Below are positions 19,518-28,662 of a stretch of 64,000 bases of DNA, one piece after another (position 1 is the stretch's first letter; every line of letters starts with the position of its first letter). The position numbers and the translations under genes are program-made. Location of the stretch: contig CAKUBG010000011.1 of the NCBI GenBank assembly GCA_934636825.1, positions 6,313 through 70,312 on the forward strand. Direction: 5' to 3'. Below the pieces are notes generated by a model that worked only from the letters and a program-made list of their open reading frames with translations, did not search any database and was not told where the DNA came from. The DNA comes from an uncultured bacterium. Its GTDB lineage: Bacteria > Vulcanimicrobiota > Xenobia > Xenobiales > Xenobiaceae.

Positions 19518-20792
19518 ATGAGATTAGATAAATCTGAGAGAGTTTACTCTCAACTTACTTCCATTATTCCCGGCGGCGTCAACAGTCCGTTCCGCGGTTT
19601 TAACCAAGTCGGAGGCTTCCCTCCCATTATTGCCAAAGGCGTAGGCAGCCAAGTTTACGATATTGACGGCAATTGCTACTTAGATCTTTGCTGTGGTTGG
19701 GGCCCCTTGCTTTTCGGCCATTGCCATCCCCACATTGTTGAAGCCGTTAAGAGCGCTGCTGAACGCGGCACCCTCTTCGGCGCCTCCACTGAAGGCGAAT
19801 TGAAGTTGGCCCAGATGGTTCGCGAAGCCTATCCTTCTATGGAAATGTTGCGCTTTGTCAATTCCGGCGCCGAAGCTGTCAACTCTGCTTTGCGTGTGGC
19901 CCGCTCCGTTACTCGCCGCCCACGTATCATGAAATTTGAAGGTTGCTACCATGGCCATGTCGAGTGTTTAGACTCAGTCGGCATTGAAGCCGAAGAAAAC
20001 GGTGGCCCTTTAGCTTTAGGTGCCTCTCCCGGAGCTGCCGCCGAAACTGTAGTTGCCGATTTTAACGATTTAGAAAAAGTAAAAGCTTTATTTGAGCAAT
20101 ATCCAGGCGAAATTGCCGCTGCCATCTTAGAGCCGGTGACCGGCTCCATGGGAGTCATCGCTCCCGAACCCGGCTTCCTTGAAGGTGTACGCGATCTTTG
20201 CCACGCTCACGGAGCCCTCTTCATTTTAGACGAAGTTCTTACCGGCTTCCGCTTAGCTAAAGGCGGCGCCCAGGAACGCTTCCACATTGCTGCCGACCTC
20301 ACTTGCTTGGGCAAAGCCATTTCCGGTGGCTTAGCTATGGGCGCTTACGGCGGCAAAGCTGAATATATGAAGAGCGTTTCTCCTACCGGCCCGATTTATC
20401 AAGCCGGCACCTATTGCGGCAACCCCATCAGTGTTTATGGCGCTATCGCCGAATTGGAGTTGGCCTTCCAGCCAGGAGTTTATGAGCGTTTGGAAACTCT
20501 CTCCAACCGTTTAGTCAATGGCCTTAAAGAAGTAGGCGGTATGCTGGTGCAAAGCGTAGGCTCTATGTTCTTTATCGCTTTTGGCCCCAAGCAAGTGCGC
20601 AACTACCAAGATAGCACCCAATTCGATTATGAGACCTTCGCCAAATTCTTCCACGCTATGTTGGACGAAGGTATCTACCTCCCGCCATCAACAACCGACG
20701 CCGCTTGTATTTCTGCCGTTCACACTGAAGCAGAAATTGACCGCGTAATCGAAACGGCCGACCGTGTGATGAAAAAACTCAAATTAAAGTAA
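19518..20792 (+). CDS. hemL: Glutamate-1-semialdehyde 2,1-aminomutase
   Basis: GGVNSPFRGF, class-III aminotransferase fold, PLP lysine context DLTCLGKAISGG. Confidence 0.92.
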   Translation: MRLDKSERVYSQLTSIIPGGVNSPFRGFNQVGGFPPIIAKGVGSQVYDIDGNCYLDLCCGWGPLLFGHCHPHIVEAVKSAAERGTLFGASTEGELKLAQMVREAYPSMEMLRFVNSGAEAVNSALRVARSVTRRPRIMKFEGCYHGHVECLDSVGIEAEENGGPLALGASPGAAAETVVADFNDLEKVKALFEQYPGEIAAAILEPVTGSMGVIAPEPGFLEGVRDLCHAHGALFILDEVLTGFRLAKGGAQERFHIAADLTCLGKAISGGLAMGAYGGKAEYMKSVSPTGPIYQAGTYCGNPISVYGAIAELELAFQPGVYERLETLSNRLVNGLKEVGGMLVQSVGSMFFIAFGPKQVRNYQDSTQFDYETFAKFFHAMLDEGIYLPPSTTDAACISAVHTEAEIDRVIETADRVMKKLKLK

Positions 20793-20812
20793 TTCACACT
20801 TGAGAAAATACG

Positions 20813-20870
20813 CAGCCCTCTCACCCGACTAAAGTCATATCGACTAAAGCTGAGCAAGAGGGCTGTTTTG
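20813..20870 (+). terminator. Possible terminator after hemL (large loop)
   Basis: Arms cagccctct (20813-20821) and agagggctg (20857-20865), followed by ttttg. The 35-nt loop weakens the call. Confidence 0.4.
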
Positions 20871-20883
20871 AAAGGAGCATTTT

Positions 20884-21201
20884 ATGGCTAACGGCTTTTT
20901 TAGCGCCACCGGTGATATTATGAAAGGTTTAGCCGACGCAGCTGCTAGGAAGCGCGACGAATTGGTCAGCTCGGCCGAAACCAGATTAAAGATAGAACGA
21001 CTTAAATCAGAAGTACGTACCTTACGCCAAGAGAAAGACGGCCTTTTAAACGCTCTGGCTCTTAAAGTTTATGAAAGCTACGTCAAAGGTGAAGTGAAAG
21101 ACCCGGGTTTGCAAGCAACTTGTCAAAATATCCAGCTTAAACAATGGGAAATAGATGAAAAATGGGCGGAGATTAATCGTGTCAAATCAAGCAATACCTA
21201 A
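20884..21201 (+). CDS. Small coiled-coil hypothetical protein
   Basis: 105-aa ORF with RBS aaaggag upstream. Heptad-like charged sequence; no known motif. Confidence 0.35.
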   Translation: MANGFFSATGDIMKGLADAAARKRDELVSSAETRLKIERLKSEVRTLRQEKDGLLNALALKVYESYVKGEVKDPGLQATCQNIQLKQWEIDEKWAEINRVKSSNT

Positions 21202-21826
21202 ATTACTTTTAGCAACCGGCAATGCTCATAAAGCTGCAGAAATGAAAGCTATTTTAGCCGGTTGGCCCATAGAATTAGTAAGTTTAAGCGAAATAGATCC
21301 TAAACATACCATTACCGAACCGGAGGAAACCGGCAATACCTATTTAGAAAATGCGCTCATTAAAGCCAAACACTACGGACAGGCTGCCCATATGGCCTGT
21401 TTGGCAGACGATTCAGGCTTGGAAATAGACGCTTTAGAGGGAGCGCCGGGGCTCTTTTCTCATCGTTTTTTAAGTCAGTGCCAAAGCCAAGCGGAAAAAA
21501 ATGAAAAAGTTTTAGAAATTTTACGTGACGAGCCTTTGGAAAAGCGTCATGCTCAGTTTCGCTGCCTGTGCGTTATTGACGGTTTGGACAAATTAGGTTT
21601 AGTCTCTCCTGCTGACGAATATATTAAGGCCGAAGCGCTATGTCCCGGCCATATTGCTTTTGAAGCTTACGGTCGCGGCGGCTTTGGTTATGATCCTATT
21701 TTTATGCCTGATTTAGGAAACGGTCGTCACATGGCCGAGCTTAGTGAAAAAGAAAAAAACGACATAAGCCATCGCGGTCAGGCTGTGCGCCAAGCTGTGC
21801 GTATACTGCTTGACAAACTGGCCTAA
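21155..21826 (+). CDS. rdgB: Non-canonical purine NTP pyrophosphatase (RdgB/HAM1)
   Basis: LLLATGNAHKAAEM, EETGNTYLENALIKA, DDSGLEIDAL, GFGYDPIF, SHRGQA. The start may be GTG at 21179, which would reduce the overlap with the upstream ORF. Confidence 0.85.
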   Translation: MKNGRRLIVSNQAIPKLLLATGNAHKAAEMKAILAGWPIELVSLSEIDPKHTITEPEETGNTYLENALIKAKHYGQAAHMACLADDSGLEIDALEGAPGLFSHRFLSQCQSQAEKNEKVLEILRDEPLEKRHAQFRCLCVIDGLDKLGLVSPADEYIKAEALCPGHIAFEAYGRGGFGYDPIFMPDLGNGRHMAELSEKEKNDISHRGQAVRQAVRILLDKLA

Positions 21827-21853
21827 TCTATCAAGGCTGTTTCTTTTTCAACC

Positions 21854-23164
21854 TTATTTAACAATCTGGCGCATGATAAAGCGCACTGGATAGTTGGAAG
21901 CTCCTTCCGGAAGCGTTAGGAGGCGTACGACTGCGCTCTGTCCGGCAGGCACAGAAAATGAAGCAGCCTTATATTCACTGAAAGGCTCAGCTTCTTTAGT
22001 CAAAGAGCGATCGTTATATTGGTTGCCGAAACGGAAATAGGCTAAATCCGGCACTTGTTCGCTTAACCAAGCGGTAGGCTCTATTATTTGATTATAAAAA
22101 TCAGTTTGCTCCAAAACAGTAGCTGTGGCCTTTCCTCCTCTGGGGTTGATCACAAGTTCAAAATCGGCTGCGCTTGCAGTTGGGTTAATAAGCAAAAATT
22201 GCAAAGCATAAACGACTCCATAATCGCCTCTAAGTTCTGGGCCAACTATTATATTGGGCTGTCTGAGCGCTCCCACAGCGGCGCGGACTTCGGAAGCTTT
22301 GTCATCTTCGACAATAACCGCCTTATTGATAAATTGATCGGCGCAAGCGTAGATGCCGCGAGCGTGAACATCCTTGGGATTGGAAAGTAAATTAAAACTC
22401 AGCATCTCCTGAGGATCTTCCAAAGCATTCAAATAGAAACTTACTTCGCCACCTTCCAAAAGAGTAAATTGAGTTGTACCGCTAAGCACCTGGCAATAGG
22501 GCAATTTTTGACAAAAAACTGTTATACTTTGCTCGGGATCTATTTCCAAAAGGCGACCGCAGCCAGCAGCTAAACAGCGTAAAAATTGCTCATTATTTTT
22601 ATGTCCAGCCTGAAAATAATCTCTATCCGGGCCACCTTCACCCTCAATTAGCATAATTGTAGCTTTTTGGCGTCGTGAATTGTTACGCAAATCTAAACGA
22701 AGCCACAATTGATTATCCTCTTTGCCACCTTCATGATAATATTGAAAACGCAAAGGCTTAAAGGGAATAAGTCCTCCTTTAAATAACAAACCGCGCTCTT
22801 TAACACGCTCAGGATGATCGGAAAAAGACAAAATCTCAGTTTTGAGATTTGGATAAGCAACATTTTTAATCAGCAAACCGTTGGATAGGCAAATTTGCTG
22901 GCCCGGATAAAGCTCGGGCAAAGTTTCCTCAATGGAAAATCCCAAGCGTTTAGCCGTAGCTTGCAAATAGGCACTATTGGCAGGATTACCAAAGACTGTT
23001 AAAATGTTTTTTTTCCCTTTTTGGGCAGCTTCAGAAGTATCAGTTTTAATAGAAAAATTTTGCCCTTCGCTCTGAGTTTGAGCTTCGACTGAATAAGGCA
23101 TAAACATAAACAAACTTAGCCAAAATCCCAACCCTACTAAAAAGAAATAATATTTAAATCGCAT
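21854..23164 (-). CDS. Secreted hypothetical protein (436 aa)
   Basis: Signal peptide MRFKYYFFLVGLGFWLSLFMFMPYSVEA. Last gene of a three-gene minus-strand operon. No recognisable domain. Confidence 0.45.
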   Translation of the reverse strand: MRFKYYFFLVGLGFWLSLFMFMPYSVEAQTQSEGQNFSIKTDTSEAAQKGKKNILTVFGNPANSAYLQATAKRLGFSIEETLPELYPGQQICLSNGLLIKNVAYPNLKTEILSFSDHPERVKERGLLFKGGLIPFKPLRFQYYHEGGKEDNQLWLRLDLRNNSRRQKATIMLIEGEGGPDRDYFQAGHKNNEQFLRCLAAGCGRLLEIDPEQSITVFCQKLPYCQVLSGTTQFTLLEGGEVSFYLNALEDPQEMLSFNLLSNPKDVHARGIYACADQFINKAVIVEDDKASEVRAAVGALRQPNIIVGPELRGDYGVVYALQFLLINPTASAADFELVINPRGGKATATVLEQTDFYNQIIEPTAWLSEQVPDLAYFRFGNQYNDRSLTKEAEPFSEYKAASFSVPAGQSAVVRLLTLPEGASNYPVRFIMRQIVK

Positions 23165-23184
23165 ATATTTTTACCCTAAAAAAA

Positions 23185-24060
23185 CTAGTCATCCTCAGCA
23201 AACAGTTCTTCTATACTGCTGGGAGAGCGGTGAGTATAAATTAAAGAGAGCATTTTCCCCTTAGTGCGACAATTGGGTAAGTCTAAGTTTTCGCTGCCCA
23301 AAGCATTGTCGAGATAAGTTTTTAAAGGTATAACCAGTTCGGTATTTTCGGTAATAATTTGATAAATGATAGGGTGGCTGCCTGAGGAAAAAATACGCAC
23401 CGGTTGCTTGCCTTCTAAGTTAGCAATAACCAATTCTATACTGCCACTAGAATTGATGCGCGGATAAACACTAACAAATAAAGGATTATCGGAATCGTCA
23501 CTTTCGCAGACAACTTCTTCCAAAATGCGCAAAAATTCTTGCTCTTTGCTATTAAAATTGAATAAATATGAAGCGTGGCGCGAATCTTTAGCCAACTGGG
23601 GTAAAGTTGAACCCGGTTTATACACAGTATCGTACAAAGGCAAAGCATAAGGATAAGATACCCAGCGGCGCGTGCCTATATATTGAGTGCGATCGAAGCG
23701 CTCGCTGCCTATTACTCTATCCAACCAACCTTTAAAATCGTTAGCAAATTGAGTGCGTGCGGTCATAAAAGCACAAGAACAAGACAAACCACTTATACAA
23801 TTAAGTTTTACTTTTTGGCACACACCATTCATAGTAACATGTAATACTACCGGAGAAGCCGGATTGTAGCGTGGCTGCAATTCAAATTCAAGCTGATTTT
23901 GATGCAAAAATTCAACTAAATATTCTTCGGTAACTGTAAGACTGTAAATAGGTTCTTGTACGTAACGAAATAAAGTAGGTTTGCTTTCCAGCGATTTCCA
24001 GGTCAGATGTTCGACCATACGCCGCTTGCGTCTTAGAAGCTCTTGTCCTGATTCAAGCAT
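23185..24060 (-). CDS. Hypothetical cytoplasmic protein (291 aa)
   Basis: Long ORF separated by 20 nt from the downstream gene. No signal peptide and no known motif. Confidence 0.4.
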   Translation of the reverse strand: MLESGQELLRRKRRMVEHLTWKSLESKPTLFRYVQEPIYSLTVTEEYLVEFLHQNQLEFELQPRYNPASPVVLHVTMNGVCQKVKLNCISGLSCSCAFMTARTQFANDFKGWLDRVIGSERFDRTQYIGTRRWVSYPYALPLYDTVYKPGSTLPQLAKDSRHASYLFNFNSKEQEFLRILEEVVCESDDSDNPLFVSVYPRINSSGSIELVIANLEGKQPVRIFSSGSHPIIYQIITENTELVIPLKTYLDNALGSENLDLPNCRTKGKMLSLIYTHRSPSSIEELFAEDD

Positions 24061-24106
24061 AAATTTTTCTTTCCTTAAAAAGACAAATTTGCCTTCTCAC
24101 TAACTT

Positions 24107-24709
24107 TTAGCGATCTGTCACAGTCGAAGAAGTTTCCCATTGTAAAGTGTTGAGCGCTTTAGAGCCTCGGCGAACTTCCAAACGGAAACTATGATTGCCA
24201 GGACTTAGGTTAGCAGGATAATAAATAAAACCGGGATGTTTAATTTGGGCGCTATTTACGGCCCGACCGTCTACATAAAGCTTTAGGCAATCGTAAATAG
24301 ACAGAGCTTCCGTAGCATAGAATCTAGCGAATACAGGTTCTCCTCCCTTACATTCGACTTGGGGGCCGTATTCCAAAAAAGCAAAACCGCAAGTAGGCTT
24401 ATGAACGATTGAAACGGGATCTAAATGGAGTTCAGTTACTAAGCCCAGTTTATTAAGATGCGCACAACCTAACATTTTTGCATATTTTTTATCTAGCTTA
24501 CTTTCCGATAGCGATATATTTTGCACAGTTATTTTTGCGTGGGGGGCCAAAGTCAAATTGTTGGCACCCAATAAAATATCGCCATAACGATAATCGTAAA
24601 AAGTTCCGCCAACTATAACTTGCTCTTGAGATTTAGCTGAGCCACTGCTCGCCAAACCTAAGCAAAAACATACAAAAAACAAAAGCCAAAGGCAAACTTT
24701 ATTACGCAT
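24107..24709 (-). CDS. Secreted hypothetical protein (200 aa)
   Basis: Signal peptide MRNKVCLWLLFFVCFCLGLASSGSA. The beta-rich C-terminal part (YVDGRAVNS...LSPGNHSFRLEV) resembles Ig-like modules. Confidence 0.45.
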   Translation of the reverse strand: MRNKVCLWLLFFVCFCLGLASSGSAKSQEQVIVGGTFYDYRYGDILLGANNLTLAPHAKITVQNISLSESKLDKKYAKMLGCAHLNKLGLVTELHLDPVSIVHKPTCGFAFLEYGPQVECKGGEPVFARFYATEALSIYDCLKLYVDGRAVNSAQIKHPGFIYYPANLSPGNHSFRLEVRRGSKALNTLQWETSSTVTDR

Positions 24710-24812
24710 AATGTCTCTTAAAACAAGAAAGCGGTTTAATCGGCCGCGAAACTAAGATCGCCGGTCTGAAAACCGCTTTAATACAATCAAAATTAAAAGC
24801 TGCAAGCTTATA

Positions 24813-25490
24813 CTATTCGTAGCGTAAAAGAGCGACGGTAGTTTCCACAGGCAGAGTTTCTTGGGAAACATCCATAGACATACTAGCCATATCTTCTACT
24901 CTGTCCATACGTACTACAAAATCATCTAAGGTATTGGAGCACATATTTAAGTTGGCAATTTTGTCAGTCTTGTAGTGCATAGGTAAAACAATATTGGGCT
25001 GCAATTGGTTGATAACCAAGCCTGCTTCAGCTGGACCCAAAGTAGTGTTTCCACCGACAGGAATAAAGAGTACGTCAGCTTTGCTAATTTGCCCTACCTG
25101 AGTTTCGGTTAAGATATGACCCAAATCGCCTAAATGTACGAAGTGGATCCCTTCCCAATAAAAATGCCAAACTGTATTGGGACCGCGACGGCGACCGTTG
25201 AAATTGTCGTGATAGGTAGGAACACCATAAAAAGTCAGATGTTCCTGAGTACGAACAACATTAAGTTCATTTTCCATAAGATAGGGAGAAGTTGGCTTAA
25301 CCAACATAGGGTTGCCACCGACTCGGTAAGAAGCGTTGTGATCCCGATGTTCGTGCGACATCACTACAATATCAGCATCTATGGAAGGAAACTGATAAGG
25401 AATATTACTGGAATAAGGATCAAAAACGAGGGCAGTACCCTTGGAGGAACGGATATAAAAACTAGAATGACCTAAATATCTGATAAACAT
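24813..25490 (-). CDS. MBL-fold metallo-hydrolase (UPF0173-like)
   Basis: HxHxDH motif as SHEHRDH, plus downstream His/Asp ligands (HLGDLGH, MHYKTD). Confidence 0.8.
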   Translation of the reverse strand: MFIRYLGHSSFYIRSSKGTALVFDPYSSNIPYQFPSIDADIVVMSHEHRDHNASYRVGGNPMLVKPTSPYLMENELNVVRTQEHLTFYGVPTYHDNFNGRRRGPNTVWHFYWEGIHFVHLGDLGHILTETQVGQISKADVLFIPVGGNTTLGPAEAGLVINQLQPNIVLPMHYKTDKIANLNMCSNTLDDFVVRMDRVEDMASMSMDVSQETLPVETTVALLRYE

Positions 25491-25524
25491 ATGGAAAACT
25501 ATTCGCTTTTTATTTTACGCTTTG

Positions 25525-25779
25525 CTACTTAGAGGGAGTTTCAACCGGAGCGACCATGAGAACCAACTCTTTGTTGACCGCAATAAACTCCAAAGTATCC
25601 ACAGGCTGACCGCTCACTGGATCAAAGAGAGTGGCGTTGGTAAGAGGAATAAAGCCTCGCTCGCGATTTATTTCATCGAGCAATCTTCCACCCGGTACCA
25701 CGTGCATGTCGCCTTCAAGACGATAAGAAGTAGTTAGAACAATTACGGGAACTTTTTCTTTTACGGTCTTTACCGCCAT
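25525..25779 (-). CDS. Small hypothetical protein (84 aa)
   Basis: ATG at 25779 (MAVKTVKEK...). Lies 35 nt upstream of the MBL hydrolase gene on the same strand. Confidence 0.35.
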   Translation of the reverse strand: MAVKTVKEKVPVIVLTTSYRLEGDMHVVPGGRLLDEINRERGFIPLTNATLFDPVSGQPVDTLEFIAVNKELVLMVAPVETPSK

Positions 25780-26017
25780 AATAACCCTCCTGACTGACGC
25801 CGCAGCACCAAGACGCATCCTTATAAAAACTTACGCAGCCATCTTCTGAGTCGCGATCTAGCCACTAGGGACAGACGCAACCACAGCACTGAAGCCAATG
25901 GTGATTAGCCATATGTAAATTTCTTCCTGCCTTGCCTTGAGTAACAGCATTTAGCAAAACAGCGAAAAGTGCCTCAAAAGCGGGATTTTAAGCAAGGTCA
26001 GAGAATTGAGCGGGACT

Positions 26018-26347
26018 ATGTTCGATCAGCTTGATAATTGTGCCGCAGCCGCTAAAATAAAGTCTTTTGGCCCTTTCGATATGCGCCCCATGTTCGGTGG
26101 CTTTGCCCTATTTAAGGATGGCACCTATTTTGGTATTGCCTCCCAAGGCTCTCTTTTTTTTCGCGTCAATGATTGCACGCGCCAAAAATATATAGCGGAA
26201 GGCTCACATCCTCTAGTATCCGGAGGACGTTATACTTTTGCCAATACTTATCGAGTTCCGCATTCAGCTCTAGAAAATGAACGTGAGCTTTTAGCTTTAG
26301 CCCAAGAAGCCTGGGAAATCGCTCGTTATCAAGCGGGACAGCTTTAA
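26018..26347 (+). CDS. TfoX N-terminal domain protein
   Basis: MRPMFGGFALFKDGTYFGI...LFFRV is the TfoX_N signature. Only the N-domain is present (about 110 aa). Confidence 0.6.
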   Translation: MFDQLDNCAAAAKIKSFGPFDMRPMFGGFALFKDGTYFGIASQGSLFFRVNDCTRQKYIAEGSHPLVSGGRYTFANTYRVPHSALENERELLALAQEAWEIARYQAGQL

Positions 26348-26414
26348 ATGTCCGCAGAGTTTTTTGCCTATTTGGCACAGACAATTCGGCAGGACGGCAA
26401 GTTTTAGGCACGAA

Positions 26415-26431
26415 TTGGCACGGCTATTGCT
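26415..26431 (+). promoter_or_regulatory. Candidate sigma-54 (-24/-12) promoter upstream of the nucleoside transporter
   Basis: ttggcacggctattgct matches YTGGCACGrNNNTTGCW at every specified position (GG 26417-26418, GC 26429-26430). It lies 44 nt upstream of the ATG at 26475. Confidence 0.4.
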
Positions 26432-26474
26432 GTAAACAGCGGCAGCTATTTTTCCCTTTCAATGAGGTGTTCAT

Positions 26475-27773
26475 ATGGAGAGATTTACCGGATTGCTCGG
26501 TATGCTATTCATCCTAGGCATTGCATGGGCGTTCTCCACCAATCGCAAAAAAATCAACTACAAAACCGTAGGTATTGGTTTAGGGTTGCAAGTAGTCTTA
26601 GGATTATTCGTATTAAAGACAGAGATCGGCCACAATATTTTTGCTTTCTTGGGGCACCTCGTCAATAAGCTTCTTGAGTTTACCAACGAAGGTTCACACT
26701 TCGTTTTCGGTGCTCTCGTACCCGCTAGCAGCAACGAACAAGGCGCTCTGGGTATGATCTTTGCCTTCCAGGTACTTCCGGCTATTATTTTCGTCGGTTC
26801 TTTAGCTTCTATTGCTTACTACTTAGGCATTATGCAATTCATTATCAGAGTTGTAGCTAAGTTGGTAGTAAAATTTATGAACACCTCTGGCGCCGAGAGC
26901 CTTTATGCTATCGGCACTGTATTTGTAGGCCAGAGTGAAGCTCCCCTTTTGGTTCGTCCCTACTTAGAGAAGATGACCCGCTCCGAGCTTAACACCATTA
27001 TGACCGGCGGTATGGCTACCATTGCCGGCTCCGTGCTCTTCGCCTATGTAGGTATGCTCGGTCCCGAATGGGCTCCCCACATCATCACCGCTTCTATTAT
27101 GGGCGCTCCTGCCGGCTTAGTTCTTTCCAAGATTCTCTGCCCCGAAGAAGGCGAGCCAGAGACTTCTGGCGTCGTCGAATTAAAAACCGAATGCAAAGAA
27201 AAATCCATTATTGAAGCTGCTTCTAAAGGCGCCATCGACGGTATGCACTTAGCTTTCATCGTCGGTACCGTACTTATTGCCTTTATTGCTATTATCGCTA
27301 CCGTTAACGGTGTATTGGGTTATTTCGGCCACGCTTGCGACGTCGTCGCTGGCTGGTTCGGTCAGACTTTCCTTTATGCTGACAAAATTTCCATCCAGAG
27401 CATTTTGGGTATCATTCTTTGGCCCGTGGCTTGGTTAATCGGTGCCCCCTCTTCCGACGCTCAGATCGTAGCTTCCTTGATCGGTGAGAAACTCGTATTG
27501 AACGAGTTCGTAGCCTATTCCGACCTTTTGAACCACATGACCGTCGGCGACAAAGCTGCCGTTTTGCAAGAACTCACCCAAAAGGGTAAACTCATTGCCA
27601 CTTTCGCTCTCTGCGGTTTTGCCAACTTCTCCTCTATCGGTATTAACGTCGGATGCATCGGCGGTTTGGCTCCCAGTCGTCAGTCCGAATTGGCCAAACT
27701 CGGCATCAGAGCCATGTTTGGTGGCGCCATGGCTTCCATGATGACCGCTTGCTTAGCCGGTATTCTCATGTAA
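26475..27773 (+). CDS. nupC: NupC/CNT-family concentrative nucleoside transporter
   Basis: Typical start MERFTGLLGMLFILGIAWAFSTNRK, then GSHFVFG, VFVGQSEAPLLVRPY, TGGMATIAGSVL. RBS gaggtg lies 6 nt upstream. Confidence 0.88.
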   Translation: MERFTGLLGMLFILGIAWAFSTNRKKINYKTVGIGLGLQVVLGLFVLKTEIGHNIFAFLGHLVNKLLEFTNEGSHFVFGALVPASSNEQGALGMIFAFQVLPAIIFVGSLASIAYYLGIMQFIIRVVAKLVVKFMNTSGAESLYAIGTVFVGQSEAPLLVRPYLEKMTRSELNTIMTGGMATIAGSVLFAYVGMLGPEWAPHIITASIMGAPAGLVLSKILCPEEGEPETSGVVELKTECKEKSIIEAASKGAIDGMHLAFIVGTVLIAFIAIIATVNGVLGYFGHACDVVAGWFGQTFLYADKISIQSILGIILWPVAWLIGAPSSDAQIVASLIGEKLVLNEFVAYSDLLNHMTVGDKAAVLQELTQKGKLIATFALCGFANFSSIGINVGCIGGLAPSRQSELAKLGIRAMFGGAMASMMTACLAGILM

Positions 27774-27803
27774 AGTTTTGGCTACTTTCGCCAACAAATA
27801 AAA

Positions 27804-27835
27804 AGCGACTCTCCACGGAGAGCCGCTTTTTTTTG
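27804..27835 (+). terminator. Rho-independent terminator after nupC
   Basis: Arms gcgactctcc and ggagagccgc (one mismatch), followed by tttttttt. Confidence 0.6.
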
Positions 27836-27865
27836 TATTATCTTTTTGTATTATCCCCAAATGCT

Positions 27866-28651
27866 TTAACTTTCTTGTCCAACTAGACGCCTAATAGATA
27901 ATTCTATGTATTCCTTGGCATTGTCAATTCCAATGTATCGTCTTGAAAGTTTCTTAGCTGCAACTCCAGTTGTTGAACTACCACAAAAAGGATCTAAAAC
28001 CAACGCTCCTTCATCGGTAGATGCGAGGATAATTCTTTCAAGAAGATATAATGGTTTCTGTGTAGGATGTTTTCCATAACTTTTTTCTTTTATTGAAGTC
28101 AGGGAGCCTCTCCAAACATCCTTCATCTGTTTTCCAGAGTTCATTTCTTTCATTAAAGCGTAATTAAAATAATGCTTTGCAGTTTTTTCATTCTTCTGCG
28201 CCCAAAGAATCGTCTCCGTGCTATGCGTGAAGCAGCGACATGCTAAATTAGGTGGAGGGTTTGTTTTTTGCCAAGTTATATTGTTAATAATTTTGAAGCC
28301 TTCTTGTTCAAGAGCGACACCAATACTGTAGATATTGTGGAGTGTTCCACTTATCCATATGCTTCCATTAGTAGTCAATGCCGCTTTGCACAGCCTAATC
28401 CAACTACGATTGAATTTATGCTTTTCTTCAAATGATATTGCTTTATCCCAATCACCTTTGTTTACAGAAACCATACGACCTGCATAGCATGTAATTCCAC
28501 CACTACTTAAAAAGTATGGCGGATCAGCGAATATCATATCCACCGTTCCAGGTTTAACTTTCTCGAGAACGGAAAATGCATTCCCAAGTATTAGCATTTC
28601 AGTCTCTGTTTTATAAGCACAATTTATATTTTCAGAGAATATATTTTCCAT
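27866..28651 (-). CDS. Beta-class N6-adenine/N4-cytosine DNA methyltransferase (DpnA/MboIB-like second methylase)
   Basis: Motif IV IFADPPYF near the N-terminus and motif I DPFCGSSTTG near the C-terminus (beta-class order). Lies in an AT-rich region. Confidence 0.85.
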   Translation of the reverse strand: MENIFSENINCAYKTETEMLILGNAFSVLEKVKPGTVDMIFADPPYFLSSGGITCYAGRMVSVNKGDWDKAISFEEKHKFNRSWIRLCKAALTTNGSIWISGTLHNIYSIGVALEQEGFKIINNITWQKTNPPPNLACRCFTHSTETILWAQKNEKTAKHYFNYALMKEMNSGKQMKDVWRGSLTSIKEKSYGKHPTQKPLYLLERIILASTDEGALVLDPFCGSSTTGVAAKKLSRRYIGIDNAKEYIELSIRRLVGQES

Positions 28652-28662
28652 CAGATGTTACA

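Noticed and set aside
26348-26474. Purine or 2'-dG riboswitch upstream of the nucleoside transporter.
   Set aside because: The region lacks the conserved purine-riboswitch core (the UAUA...loop-loop...CCGUAAAU-type junction), and no three-stem junction can be drawn. The sigma-54-like match is the only strong pattern.
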